DNA from: Candidatus Komeilibacteria bacterium
Lineage (GTDB): Bacteria > Patescibacteriota > Patescibacteriia > UBA1558
NCBI GenBank assembly: GCA_048538235.1
Contig: JBLYPX010000001.1
Location: 392,013 to 456,012 of the forward strand
Direction: 5' to 3'
DNA: 64,000 nucleotides
A model generated the notes under the pieces. It was not told the origin of the DNA and searched no databases. It saw only the letters and a program-made list of their open reading frames with translations. Below are positions 28,258 to 38,143 of the stretch, one piece after another; the first letter of the stretch is position 1; every line of letters begins with the position of its first letter. Both the position numbers and the translations under genes were made by a program.

Positions 28258-28542
28258 TTATTTCAATGATGCTGTAAATGTCTTATCTAAAGCTCCTGCT
28301 ATTTTAACTAGCAGATCTAAACTTGGATTATATTTACCGCTCTCTATTCTAGCTATAGCAGACTGCTTAGTACCTATTCTTTTAGCTAACTCTGACTGTG
28401 TATACCCTTTCTTTTGTCTTGCTTCTAAAATTGAGCTTATAATCTCATACTTAGCTCTAGCAATATTATATGCTGCTTTACCTTTAGTGCTAGTATTTAA
28501 TTCTTCTTTAAAATCTTTAAATTTTATATATTTGTCTTTCAT
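28258..28542 (-). CDS. XRE-family HTH antitoxin (HigA-like)
   Basis: KKGYTQSELAKRIGTKQSAIARIESGKYNPSLDLLVKIAGAL is a canonical XRE HTH. It lies immediately downstream of the RelE/HigB-like gene. Confidence 0.7.
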   Translation of the reverse strand: MKDKYIKFKDFKEELNTSTKGKAAYNIARAKYEIISSILEARQKKGYTQSELAKRIGTKQSAIARIESGKYNPSLDLLVKIAGALDKTFTASLK

Positions 28543-28581
28543 AAATATAGTATAACGTATATGTTATATTCTTACAAGTCT

Positions 28582-28887
28582 TTATTTATATGTATATTTC
28601 CTAGTTAATGCTAGTCTTATTTCCTTAAGAGGGATTTTATTACTCTTTTTTATAAAACCGTGTACTATGATAGCTTTATTATTGTTAAAAAAGTATATTA
28701 ATCTATATTGTTTACTTGCATTCACTCTTAATTCATAAATCCCATATCTAATGGACTTACTATAGGGCATCCTAATATTATGACCATATTTTTCCAACAA
28801 TAAAATACAAGTTAAAATTTCAGATAGATCATTCTTAGAAAGTTTATAAATAAACTTTGCAACTTTATCGTGAAGTGTTATTTCCAT
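28582..28887 (-). CDS. RelE/ParE-superfamily toxin, HigB/Gp49 (DUF891)-like
   Basis: IYELRV...YRLIYFF...KAIIVHGFIKKSNKIP matches the HigB/Gp49-like toxin family. Toxin-first order as in higBA. Confidence 0.7.
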   Translation of the reverse strand: MEITLHDKVAKFIYKLSKNDLSEILTCILLLEKYGHNIRMPYSKSIRYGIYELRVNASKQYRLIYFFNNNKAIIVHGFIKKSNKIPLKEIRLALTRKYTYK

Positions 28888-28926
28888 AAAAAAACAGGGT
28901 TATTAAGTTAACTTAATGACCCTGTC
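28888..28926 (-). terminator. long hairpin ACAGGGT-ATTAAGTTAACTTAAT-ACCCTGT followed (minus strand) by T7; terminator of the AMP phosphorylase gene
   Basis: Seen directly. The T7 run abuts the HigB-like ATG, which leaves no SD. Confidence 0.5.
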
Positions 28927-28970
28927 TATGTAATTGAATAGTATCAACTCAGTTTAGCATTATCAATTCA

Positions 28971-30476
28971 CTATTTGCCAATTGTAAATATCTTTGTTTT
29001 CTTTAAAGCTACTTTGGCAAGTTCCATACGTTGCTGTGACTGAGCATAGAGAGTAAACATTCTCTCCCCTTTCTTAACAGTATCTCCATATTCAACGTTT
29101 AAATAAATACCAGCCATCTTTTCAGCAGGAGCTCCCAATATTCTACAAAGGGTATTTATATTCTTGTTATTAGTAAAGGTAATCTTACCAGATTTTGGAG
29201 CGTCTACATAATATTTAATAGCTCCTATGGTAATATCTTCAGAATCTATCTTTTCATTACCACCCTGTGCTTTAATAATCTTTTGCATTTGTTTCCAAGC
29301 AGCACCTGATTCAAGTTGTTTCATAGCCATTGCTTTACCTTCACCTTTTTTAGCTTTGCCAGCAAGTTCTAGTAATTCACCAGCCAGTCTTACACCTTTA
29401 GTTTCTAAATCTAAAGGCCTGGTATCTTTTCTTTGCAAAACACGCAATACATCTCTAGATTCAAGTGATGGTCCAATACCTTTACCAATTGGATCTAAAG
29501 TAGTTGTTTTAATAACTTTCATCTTCATACCAAATCTTTTACCAATGTAAAGGAATTTCTTTTCTAGCATATTAGCTGTCTTCATATCTGGTATTTTAGC
29601 AGTATCTCCCACTGGCATGTCTATGATGAGATGATTAACAGAAGTTGCTACCTTTTTAGCCATGATAGAAACAATCATCTTATCGTATGGTTCTAAAGAT
29701 AGTGGATATGTAACTTTAAGTATTCTATCGTCAGCTGGTGCTAAGTTAAAGCCACCACCCCAAACCATACAAGAGTTTGTTTTAGCAACAATAGCCTTCA
29801 TATCTGCAGCTGTAAATGTAACCGGTGCTAATACTTCCATAGTATCTGATGTACCAGATGGTGAAGTAATAGCTCTTGATGATGTTTTAGGTATTTTAAG
29901 GCCAAGTGATGCTACAATTGGAATAATGAGCATAGTGGTTCTATTACCTGCTACACCACCAACTGAATGTTTATCTACCACTAGTCCTGTATATTTAATA
30001 ATATCTCCTGTTTCTGCTACAGCTTTTGTCATGTAATACAATTCATTATTTGTATATGGATACATATATGTAGCTGCCACAAAATATGTAATCTCTGTAT
30101 TAGAGATACGATTATTAACTATATCTTTAATAATGGAAAAACATTCTTCTTCGGTTAATTGTTTACCAAGTAATTTTCTTTGAATAGCTTTGATTGAAGC
30201 AGGTCTGCCTAAAACAGACACTTCCATTATTTCATTGGTTTCAATATCGTGCTTTGACCATATTTCTTCATATAGTCCAATTTGGCCTGGTTTAATTCGT
30301 TTGTCTGACAAATTAACTTCTACCACTGCCCTTTTGTTACCACGCCAAGAAAGGGCAATTTTATCCCCTGCGTGAATACCAAAATGATAAGCTTCCTCCT
30401 CATTAAGCATAGCAATAAGTGCTTGACCAGTTGAAAAGTCTAAACGCTTTGCTTTCAGATAATACGGTAATGACAT
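28971..30476 (-). CDS. deoA: AMP phosphorylase (thymidine phosphorylase family, archaeal-type DeoA)
   Basis: 501 aa with N-terminal extension plus pyrimidine-nucleoside phosphorylase core (HSVGGVAGNRTTMLIIPIVASLG, TSSRAITSPSGTSDTME). Confidence 0.85.
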   Translation of the reverse strand: MSLPYYLKAKRLDFSTGQALIAMLNEEEAYHFGIHAGDKIALSWRGNKRAVVEVNLSDKRIKPGQIGLYEEIWSKHDIETNEIMEVSVLGRPASIKAIQRKLLGKQLTEEECFSIIKDIVNNRISNTEITYFVAATYMYPYTNNELYYMTKAVAETGDIIKYTGLVVDKHSVGGVAGNRTTMLIIPIVASLGLKIPKTSSRAITSPSGTSDTMEVLAPVTFTAADMKAIVAKTNSCMVWGGGFNLAPADDRILKVTYPLSLEPYDKMIVSIMAKKVATSVNHLIIDMPVGDTAKIPDMKTANMLEKKFLYIGKRFGMKMKVIKTTTLDPIGKGIGPSLESRDVLRVLQRKDTRPLDLETKGVRLAGELLELAGKAKKGEGKAMAMKQLESGAAWKQMQKIIKAQGGNEKIDSEDITIGAIKYYVDAPKSGKITFTNNKNINTLCRILGAPAEKMAGIYLNVEYGDTVKKGERMFTLYAQSQQRMELAKVALKKTKIFTIGK

Positions 30477-30505
30477 AATCTATTTATATATTTTAATTAT
30501 TTAAT

Positions 30506-31771
30506 TTATTTACCCCAAAATTTAACAGCTTCTGCTAATTCTTTATTGTCTTTAATAAGTTCATTTAATTTTTTACCAGCCGTTATTCCTTCTACAGCTT
30601 GTCTAGCAGCCCGTGCCCCTGCCTTTCTACCGTCTGGATGTCCAAATATACCACCACCAAAGTTAATAATTACATTATTACCAATGTATTTCATAACTCC
30701 TGGTACCAGTCCTGGATGCAAACCGCCTGAAGCTATTGGCATAGCTGGTTTTAATGATGACCAATCACTTTGCAAGTAGTTAAAATGTTCCCAATCTTCT
30801 TTAAGGAAATTATCTATCTTAACAACTTCTTTACTTCCACCTTCCATTTTACCAACTACCGTTCCGGTGTGTAATTGATCAATACCAACAAGACGAGATA
30901 GTTTAGCTAGTACATACATAGTCATGCCGTGTGTTTCATCGCGAGTAAACATAGAATGACCAGCTCTATGACCATGCATAATTAAGCCTAAATTTTCTTC
31001 TCTTAAGGATTGAACTGCACTCCAGCCCATAGATACTATATCTACCATCATACACTTACCACCTTTTGCTTTAATGTATTTAGCTCTTTTTAAAGCAGTG
31101 TTGTATGGAGCGGTGATATTAATAATAGCTAGCTTTTCTTCACCAGTTTCTTTTTCTGCTTTCTTTCTTAATTTCATTAACCAGTCTACTCTATCTTTAA
31201 AGTGGTTAAATGACATGTCTGTTAAATTCTCATCGTCCTTTACTACATCCACACCATTTGACCATAGATCATAGGCAGCTTCTGCATGCTGTCTAGCTGT
31301 TCTACCCACTTTTGGTTTAATAATACTACCCACTAGTGGTCTATTCTTTATCTTTAACTTATTACGTATACCAGGAATACCAAATTTTGGTCCAGGCATA
31401 CTTTGTATATATTTCTTTGGGAATTCAATATCTAATAGCCTTAATCTTTCAACTACTTTCATTGAGAATATATTACCACCAATACTAGATAATAGTTGTG
31501 GCACATTACCAAGTTCAAACAAAGCTAAAGGATAAGCAATCTTTACCATATGTTTTTTCTTATCCTCCCAAATAATCTTTGGTGCTAATTGCTTGTATCT
31601 AGCTTTTGTTAAACCACCAATCTTTGTCCAAGTACCGATTGAGCTTTCACCAGCAATAGCATGAACTGCATCTTTCCATTGCAAAGATGAACGAAAAGAA
31701 AAAGTAGCTATAATATACTTCTCCTTATCTATTTTTTTATTTAATGCGTAAAAATTAAACTGATTATACAT
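30506..31771 (-). CDS. rbcL: ribulose-1,5-bisphosphate carboxylase/oxygenase large subunit, form II/III
   Basis: GxDxxKDDENL (VVKDDENLTD), the HGHRAGH and GGGIFGHPDG motifs, and C-terminal GGLHPG loop. Confidence 0.85.
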   Translation of the reverse strand: MYNQFNFYALNKKIDKEKYIIATFSFRSSLQWKDAVHAIAGESSIGTWTKIGGLTKARYKQLAPKIIWEDKKKHMVKIAYPLALFELGNVPQLLSSIGGNIFSMKVVERLRLLDIEFPKKYIQSMPGPKFGIPGIRNKLKIKNRPLVGSIIKPKVGRTARQHAEAAYDLWSNGVDVVKDDENLTDMSFNHFKDRVDWLMKLRKKAEKETGEEKLAIINITAPYNTALKRAKYIKAKGGKCMMVDIVSMGWSAVQSLREENLGLIMHGHRAGHSMFTRDETHGMTMYVLAKLSRLVGIDQLHTGTVVGKMEGGSKEVVKIDNFLKEDWEHFNYLQSDWSSLKPAMPIASGGLHPGLVPGVMKYIGNNVIINFGGGIFGHPDGRKAGARAARQAVEGITAGKKLNELIKDNKELAEAVKFWGK

Positions 31772-31781
31772 ATTTTATTTA

Positions 31782-32705
31782 TTAATTATCTTGTATTAGC
31801 CATGGATAGGCTTTTTTAACTTTAGACTTTAATAGTCCAGGTTTTACTACTCCGAATTCACACAAAATACCAGTAATAAATTTAGCTGGTATCATATCAA
31901 AAGCGAAGTTCAATATTTCTAAGTTTTTAGGCCTATTATTCCATAATTCGTGTTCATCCCTCAATTCTACCTCTATCTTGTCATCTGCGTCCATTTTGAG
32001 CGCAGAAGCGGCTATATATACTGGAATACCAGCTTCATAAGCAGCTAAAGCTATCCCATAGCTCCCAATCTTATTATATACATCTCCCTGATGAGATATA
32101 CTATCTGCTCCAATAATTACCATATCCATCATTAACTCTTTACCCGAATGTTTGCTAATTAGGAAATCTGATGCTGAATCTGCCACCATAGTAACAGGAA
32201 GTCCTGCCTTTAATAGATTAGTGGCTGTTATTCTACCCTGGTATCTAGGTCTTGTTTCTGTATTAAAAACATTAAACTGTTTATCTTGCCACGCATTTAC
32301 AAGTATCTTTTCAACTAATGAAGAATGACAATGCGTAAAAATATTAGCATTCTTTTTAATAAGTTGTTTACCTTTTTTAATAGCTTCATCTTCAGCAAGT
32401 TGAATAAATTCTAACCAATCAGCTACTGCTTTTTCTAAAATAGCTGTTAACTGTAATGAATCTTCTTTAGAACTTTTTCTTAATTGAGATTTAGCATAGT
32501 TTAAACCATTGTGAAGAAGTGGTTCAGTTGGACGGGCAGCGGCTAATTTTGCAGCTGCTCTATCTATTTCAACTATATATTTATGACCATCTTTATTTAA
32601 ACCTCTACCAAACTCTGCAAGTGCCTTTAAAGCTTCACGAGCAACTGCTGTTGCACCCTGAATACGTAAACTCTTAATATCTCGGATTGTTTTAGATAAA
32701 GACAT
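31782..32705 (-). CDS. ribose-1,5-bisphosphate isomerase (eIF-2B alpha/beta/delta-like, e2b2 family)
   Basis: eIF-2B-like family fold motifs (IFTHCHSSLV, VIIGADSISHQGDVYNKIGSYGIALAA). Genomic context with rbcL and AMP phosphorylase. Confidence 0.8.
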   Translation of the reverse strand: MSLSKTIRDIKSLRIQGATAVAREALKALAEFGRGLNKDGHKYIVEIDRAAAKLAAARPTEPLLHNGLNYAKSQLRKSSKEDSLQLTAILEKAVADWLEFIQLAEDEAIKKGKQLIKKNANIFTHCHSSLVEKILVNAWQDKQFNVFNTETRPRYQGRITATNLLKAGLPVTMVADSASDFLISKHSGKELMMDMVIIGADSISHQGDVYNKIGSYGIALAAYEAGIPVYIAASALKMDADDKIEVELRDEHELWNNRPKNLEILNFAFDMIPAKFITGILCEFGVVKPGLLKSKVKKAYPWLIQDN

Positions 32706-32754
32706 AAAAAAATAATATTATATTAATATTATAGCATAAATATATACTTTATAA

Positions 32755-34359
32755 TTATTTCTTGTTCTTAAAACTTGTAGCCCCTTTAGATACAGCATCT
32801 TCTAGGGAAATAGCCTGAGGAGCTTCTTTTGTACCAATTGCTTCTTCTGTTTCATTTGGCTCATCTTTAGCTTCTCCATCAACAGGCATAGCTTGTAAAC
32901 CTTCACGTGAAATCTTACCAGCTTTAAATAATTTTAGACAATCTGGACAAAATACTGGCCTTACACCGTCTGGTTTAAAAGCAGTAGATGTTTCAATACC
33001 ACAACGTGAACAATTAGTCTTAAAACCTTTATCTAGTTTATTACTCTTTTCTTTATCTTTCTCATCTTCTTCACTTAAACTCCAACGAGATATCTTATCT
33101 TCAATAATTTCTCTTTTTTTACAATATCTTTCACGAGAAACTTGAATAACTTTTTGTAAGTTATCTGTCTGATGATTTTTATCTAATGGCATTAAACCCA
33201 TAGCTGAAAAACCAGGTGAAGTTACGCCATCTATCATTAACTTTAGATAAAAATTAAATTTATTTAAATTAACTAAATCTATTTTAGTAAACTGAGGATA
33301 AAACTCCTTTTCTAGAAATTCTGCATCATCTGCACCCACTCTATATGCTACTAATGTACCAACGTTACCAATAATAGCGGCCTGTACTCTTTCATCTAAC
33401 TGTTCTCTATACTGGTGAGCTAGAATCATATTCAAGTGATATTTTCTAGCTTCAGATAGAATATCTGCAAAAGATTCAGTGGCAAAGTTTTGAAATTCAT
33501 CAATATATAGATAAAAGTCATTTCTTTCATTCTCTGGTATATCTACTCTACTCATAGCAGCTAGCTGAATTTTAGTAATAAGCATAGCACCAAGTAAAGC
33601 TGAATTATCTTCACCAATTCTACCTTTAGAAAGGTTTAAAAGTAATATCTTCTTATTATCCATTACCTCTCTTAAGTCTATAGCTGACTTAATCTGACCA
33701 ACTACATTACGTATAAGGAAAGATGAAAGAAAAGCACCAACTTTATTCTGAATAGGAGCAATAGCCTGAACTTGAAAATCTCCTTTATATTTCTCATACT
33801 CTGTTACCCAAAAAGCTTTTACAACTGGATCTGTAATCTGACTCACCACTTTTTTCCTATAATCTGTATCTACCAGCATTCTCTGAATACCAAGTAAAGT
33901 TGAATCTGGAAATTCAAGCAAAGCAAGTATGGCATTACGTAATACATATTCAAGTCTAGGACCCCATGTATCTGCCCAAATCTTTCTAAATACTCCAATA
34001 AGTCCAGATGCTACTAAATGCTGATGTTCTTTACCAACTTTTTCTAAAACATTAAAAGCAAAAGGATAATTAATATCTGCTGGGTTAAAATATATAACAT
34101 CATTTATTCTACTGGACGGGATATAGTTTGCTACCTTTTCTACCAAATCTCCATGAGGATCAACCACAGCTACACCATTACCATCTTTAATATCTTGAAT
34201 AATCATATTCTCTAAAGTGGTAGACTTACCAACACCAGTCTTACCAATGATATACATATGATTACGTCTATCTTTAACTTTAATACCAAACTTCCTAGTT
34301 ATATTCCTATAATTAGTCTGACCAAAAGCTGTTACTTTTTCTTCGTTTGTGACTGCCAT
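32755..34359 (-). CDS. TraD/VirD4/TrwB-like P-loop ATPase (type IV secretion DNA-binding-domain family) with C-terminal CxxC...CxxC zinc ribbon and acidic tail
   Basis: Walker A IIGKTGVGKST, Walker B LYIDEFQNF, and the VVDPHGDL motif typical of TraD/VirD4-like proteins. CSRCG...CPDC at the C-terminus. Confidence 0.6.
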   Translation of the reverse strand: MAVTNEEKVTAFGQTNYRNITRKFGIKVKDRRNHMYIIGKTGVGKSTTLENMIIQDIKDGNGVAVVDPHGDLVEKVANYIPSSRINDVIYFNPADINYPFAFNVLEKVGKEHQHLVASGLIGVFRKIWADTWGPRLEYVLRNAILALLEFPDSTLLGIQRMLVDTDYRKKVVSQITDPVVKAFWVTEYEKYKGDFQVQAIAPIQNKVGAFLSSFLIRNVVGQIKSAIDLREVMDNKKILLLNLSKGRIGEDNSALLGAMLITKIQLAAMSRVDIPENERNDFYLYIDEFQNFATESFADILSEARKYHLNMILAHQYREQLDERVQAAIIGNVGTLVAYRVGADDAEFLEKEFYPQFTKIDLVNLNKFNFYLKLMIDGVTSPGFSAMGLMPLDKNHQTDNLQKVIQVSRERYCKKREIIEDKISRWSLSEEDEKDKEKSNKLDKGFKTNCSRCGIETSTAFKPDGVRPVFCPDCLKLFKAGKISREGLQAMPVDGEAKDEPNETEEAIGTKEAPQAISLEDAVSKGATSFKNKK

Positions 34360-34360
34360 A

Positions 34361-35869
34361 TTATTCTACAAATGGTAAATTACCTGGAGGTATATTAGTA
34401 TCCTCCACTACTTCATCTTCTGAAGTATCTTTTTTAGCAAACTTCTTCTCAAATTCCTGATTAGAGAAATCATAATCCTTTAAACTATCTGGTAAATATT
34501 GCGCTTCTTCAACTTTTTGTTCTACAGGCTCTTCTGTAACAGGAGTTGGAATATCTTCTTCCATAGGCAGTGATGAAGGTGGCTCACCCTTCTTAGCCTC
34601 TGTACGCTTAAGAAGTGGAGCTTTAATAGTAAAGGCTGGGAAATGATAAAGAGTTGCTAACTCTTCGACGTTTAATATGAAAGCTGGCATTCCCATCCAT
34701 GTACTTCTAGTTTTATATGCTTTAACCAATTTATTTGTCTTAGCTATTATTCTTCTCTCAGCAAATAGATAATTAGCTTTAGTAGTAGCTGCTTTTGAAG
34801 GTTTGAACGAGTTTGAAGCACCTGAACCAAACTGTTTAACTACAGAGAAGAAAGTACCAACTCTTTGACCTTTTTTCCAAGCTTCTTTAGTTGCTGTATA
34901 TACAAGCCTTATCTTACACTCAAAACCTTCTTTAGCTAATTTTCTTTCAACAGATTCTAAACTATGTCTAGTAAGCGGTGTCATATTAAACATAGCCATT
35001 GAATCATCCTTTGGTGATTGAGCAGCAGACACCTCTAATGATGTACCAAATAATGAATTAGCAGCCTCTGCGCCCCAGGTAGCAGCTTCGGTAGCAATAG
35101 CTCCACCAAACTTACCTAATGCACCAGTATCTACCTTTGGTGCTTTACCTGTTATTTTATCTACTATAGCCTTACCTTTTCCTTGCCAGGCATAATCTCC
35201 AGGTTTAACTATTATTTGAAACCAAGCTTGTTCACCTTTACCTAGTCTAGAAAACATTTCCAGAAGCGCAGCCATTGGGTCTTTAAGTTCTTGTGTAAGC
35301 CCATGTTCAAATTCTTTATATGTTCTTATTGGATAAGCCCAATGTCTAACTTCTTCAAGCTCTGATCCCCAAAATTTATGTGTGTCGTTTGGATAAACAT
35401 CTGGAATAGTATCTACATAGTCTTCTACCTCTGTAATTTCTGCTTCTGGATACTGAGCATAAACAGCAGCTTCAATCATATCCCTTAAAAAGTCAGGGGT
35501 TCTTATTAAAAATTGTATATATCCATCTATTGAAACTATTTCTAAAGAAAAAGCTAATTGAACAGCACCTTCCCACCATAGCTCCCATTTACTGTATGGA
35601 GCATGAGCACCTGCTAAATTAGTCATCATCTGTTCAACTGCCATTGGAGATTGTTCATTATCTTTTGGCACATCAATAGCCAGTAAAACAAACTTCTTAT
35701 CTGACATCCATCTAGTCTGACGAGCATTTAGCCATTCAGTCCATAGAAACTGTAAAAATACAATAACAAAAAAAATCCATCCGCCTGATATAAACAACTC
35801 CCACATAACTTGGGGAACGGATAGACTTCCTAAATATTCAAAATATGATAAATCCAGATAGAATTGCAT
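34361..35869 (-). CDS. membrane-anchored hypothetical protein co-transcribed with the TraD-like ATPase
   Basis: N-terminal TM pair (ELFISGGWIFFVIVFLQFLW), large soluble domain. The stop abuts the ATPase start (2-nt gap). Confidence 0.5.
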   Translation of the reverse strand: MQFYLDLSYFEYLGSLSVPQVMWELFISGGWIFFVIVFLQFLWTEWLNARQTRWMSDKKFVLLAIDVPKDNEQSPMAVEQMMTNLAGAHAPYSKWELWWEGAVQLAFSLEIVSIDGYIQFLIRTPDFLRDMIEAAVYAQYPEAEITEVEDYVDTIPDVYPNDTHKFWGSELEEVRHWAYPIRTYKEFEHGLTQELKDPMAALLEMFSRLGKGEQAWFQIIVKPGDYAWQGKGKAIVDKITGKAPKVDTGALGKFGGAIATEAATWGAEAANSLFGTSLEVSAAQSPKDDSMAMFNMTPLTRHSLESVERKLAKEGFECKIRLVYTATKEAWKKGQRVGTFFSVVKQFGSGASNSFKPSKAATTKANYLFAERRIIAKTNKLVKAYKTRSTWMGMPAFILNVEELATLYHFPAFTIKAPLLKRTEAKKGEPPSSLPMEEDIPTPVTEEPVEQKVEEAQYLPDSLKDYDFSNQEFEKKFAKKDTSEDEVVEDTNIPPGNLPFVE

Positions 35870-35935
35870 GGGGTACGCATTCTATAAAGTTTAATAGACA
35901 GCAAGCATCTGCCTACACCTTTATTTTTATTTTAA

Positions 35936-37057
35936 TTAATCTGCGATCCAATACTTGTTTTTTTCAACACGTTTGAATCTCTTTTTATTCATAAGTGCAA
36001 GTTGAATAGTACTTTGTTTAACCATTCTTTTATCTAACACTCTTTCAATAATTTCACTCTTGGTTAATGGTTTACCAGCTTCTTCCATAACTGAAGTAAT
36101 AACATCGGCAACAACTCCTGGTTGGTAACCCCATTCTTTTAAGGCATAAATACCACGACCTACTAATACATATTGATCATCTAAAATTAATTCATTGTGA
36201 ATAGTTGCTGGATAAGCTGTCTTGTTATCGAACTTAGCTTCATTAATCTTATCTGCAATTTCTGTAAAATGCATTGGCTTACCTGCTTTTCGCATAACTA
36301 ATGAGATCTTATCGTTCATTCTCTTTGGCTTAATTGATCTCCAATCTGCAAGCCCCCATTCATCAAATGGATTATTATTAATCTTTGTAGTTAAATCTAA
36401 AGCATTTTGAACCACTTTATCGTTTAACTTACCGCTATATTTTTCAGCAATAGGTCTTTTCTGTATTTTCTCTAAAATATTTCTTCTTGGTAATGGTTCT
36501 GATCTATCCTTCAAGATATCTACTAAATCATCGATTAGCTCTTCTACAAATTCTACTTCTGCGGTTGGTAATTTCCAACTATCGTGTATTTTTTTATGTT
36601 TAACAACTTTATCTAATTTATGATCAAGTAATTTAGAGATAATGAAGCTTGTGGCTGCTCTATCTATATTCCTTGAAGTACCATAATTTAATATATTCTC
36701 ATATAAAGCATCTTCTCTCATTACACCGCCATGCTCTTCTAGTATATCTGAAATCATATTCTCAACTGGTTTTAACCTTTCTTCAATCTCTGGGTGATTA
36801 CGTATTTTCTTAATAGTACTGTTTTCAATCTGTCTAATTCTTTCACGAGTGACGTCAAAAAGCTTACCTATTTCTTCTAGGGTTTTAGCTTCTGTTTCGT
36901 CTAATCCATAGCGATGCACAATAACATCCTTTTCTCTATCTGAAAGATTAGAAAATAGTAAGTTTAAGATTGAACTTGGTTCAAAATTAGCAATATCTTC
37001 AGCAGTTTGTGAAGAGATTACTTTATCTAAAATTGAGTTTGTTGATTCCATAATCAT
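35936..37057 (-). CDS. sigma-70 region 4 domain protein fused to HARE-HTH-like winged helix domain(s)
   Basis: N-terminal [15 protein letters not shown]...[20 protein letters not shown] is sigma region 4. The C-terminus resembles the delta-subunit HARE-HTH ([10 protein letters not shown]...[10 protein letters not shown]). Confidence 0.5.
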   Translation of the reverse strand: MIMESTNSILDKVISSQTAEDIANFEPSSILNLLFSNLSDREKDVIVHRYGLDETEAKTLEEIGKLFDVTRERIRQIENSTIKKIRNHPEIEERLKPVENMISDILEEHGGVMREDALYENILNYGTSRNIDRAATSFIISKLLDHKLDKVVKHKKIHDSWKLPTAEVEFVEELIDDLVDILKDRSEPLPRRNILEKIQKRPIAEKYSGKLNDKVVQNALDLTTKINNNPFDEWGLADWRSIKPKRMNDKISLVMRKAGKPMHFTEIADKINEAKFDNKTAYPATIHNELILDDQYVLVGRGIYALKEWGYQPGVVADVITSVMEEAGKPLTKSEIIERVLDKRMVKQSTIQLALMNKKRFKRVEKNKYWIAD

Positions 37058-37193
37058 GAATATTATTTTATTTAAGCATGATACAGACTAAACCTTAATA
37101 TGAATAAAATATAGCATTTTTTCTATTAAAAGTCAATATCCCCTCTATATTACTAAAATAATCCAATACTGTCAAGGCCTAGAGACAAGTAAA

Positions 37194-37222
37194 CAAAAAA
37201 TGACCCAAATACGGGTCATTCA
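37194..37222. terminator. bidirectional intrinsic terminator (AATGACCC-AAATAC-GGGTCATT)
   Basis: 8-bp stem flanked by A6/T-runs, downstream of the secF stop (37243). Confidence 0.55.
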
Positions 37223-37242
37223 ATAAATAGCTTAATATATAC

Positions 37243-38142
37243 CTATTTCTTCATCTTATACCAAACCATTAATAGCGGGCTGGCTATGAAAATTGATGAA
37301 TAAGTACCAATAATGATACCAAATATCATAGTCATGATAAATTGCTGTATAGAAGCACCACCAAATAGATATACAGATACAAGTACTAGTAGTGTTGTTA
37401 ATGAAGTATTTAATGAACGTACAATTGTTTCATTAATACTCTTATTAACTACCTCACCAAAGGTAATATCATGTGAATGGAATAAATTTTCACGAGTCCT
37501 ATCAAAAGTAACAATAGTATCGTGAACAGAAAATCCCATAATAGTAAGTAAGGCTGTTACAAATAATGTATCTACCTGGTAATTGAAAAAGTGTCCCAAG
37601 ATACTAAATAGTCCAACTGTAATAAATACATCATGAGCTAAAGCAACAATAGCAGCTAAACCATATTTCCATGAAGCTACTGGGAAAGATACTTTTCTAA
37701 ATGCAAAAGCTATATATGCAACAATAGCTAACAGCACAACAAAGATTGAAGTTAATGCTTTACCTTTTAATTCTTGACCAATAGTTGGTCCAATAGAATC
37801 ATATCTTAGCTCTTCAATACTTCCCTCTTGCTCTACTACCTTTTCTTCTAAACCAGCTAGTATTTGTGTATGTTGATCTTCATTTAAATGATTTGTACGA
37901 ATAAGTAATGTATTATCTCCGGCTGGCTGAACAATTGACTCTTCTATACCTAAATCTGTTAATACTTGTTCAACAACAGCATTTTCTAAACTTGCGTCAG
38001 TTAACTTAAGTTCCATTATACTTCCACCTGTAAAATCTATACCGTAATTTAAACCAAAAGTTAAAATACCAATAATACTTAAGACAACTAATAGCCCTGA
38101 GAATGAAAACCAATATTTTCTTGTATTAATTATATTAAACAT
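37243..38142 (-). CDS. secF: protein translocase subunit SecF
   Basis: Six-TM SecF architecture. FTGGSIMEL motif, and conserved D and R residues in TM4-5. Confidence 0.85.
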   Translation of the reverse strand: MFNIINTRKYWFSFSGLLVVLSIIGILTFGLNYGIDFTGGSIMELKLTDASLENAVVEQVLTDLGIEESIVQPAGDNTLLIRTNHLNEDQHTQILAGLEEKVVEQEGSIEELRYDSIGPTIGQELKGKALTSIFVVLLAIVAYIAFAFRKVSFPVASWKYGLAAIVALAHDVFITVGLFSILGHFFNYQVDTLFVTALLTIMGFSVHDTIVTFDRTRENLFHSHDITFGEVVNKSINETIVRSLNTSLTTLLVLVSVYLFGGASIQQFIMTMIFGIIIGTYSSIFIASPLLMVWYKMKK

Positions 38143-38143
38143 A

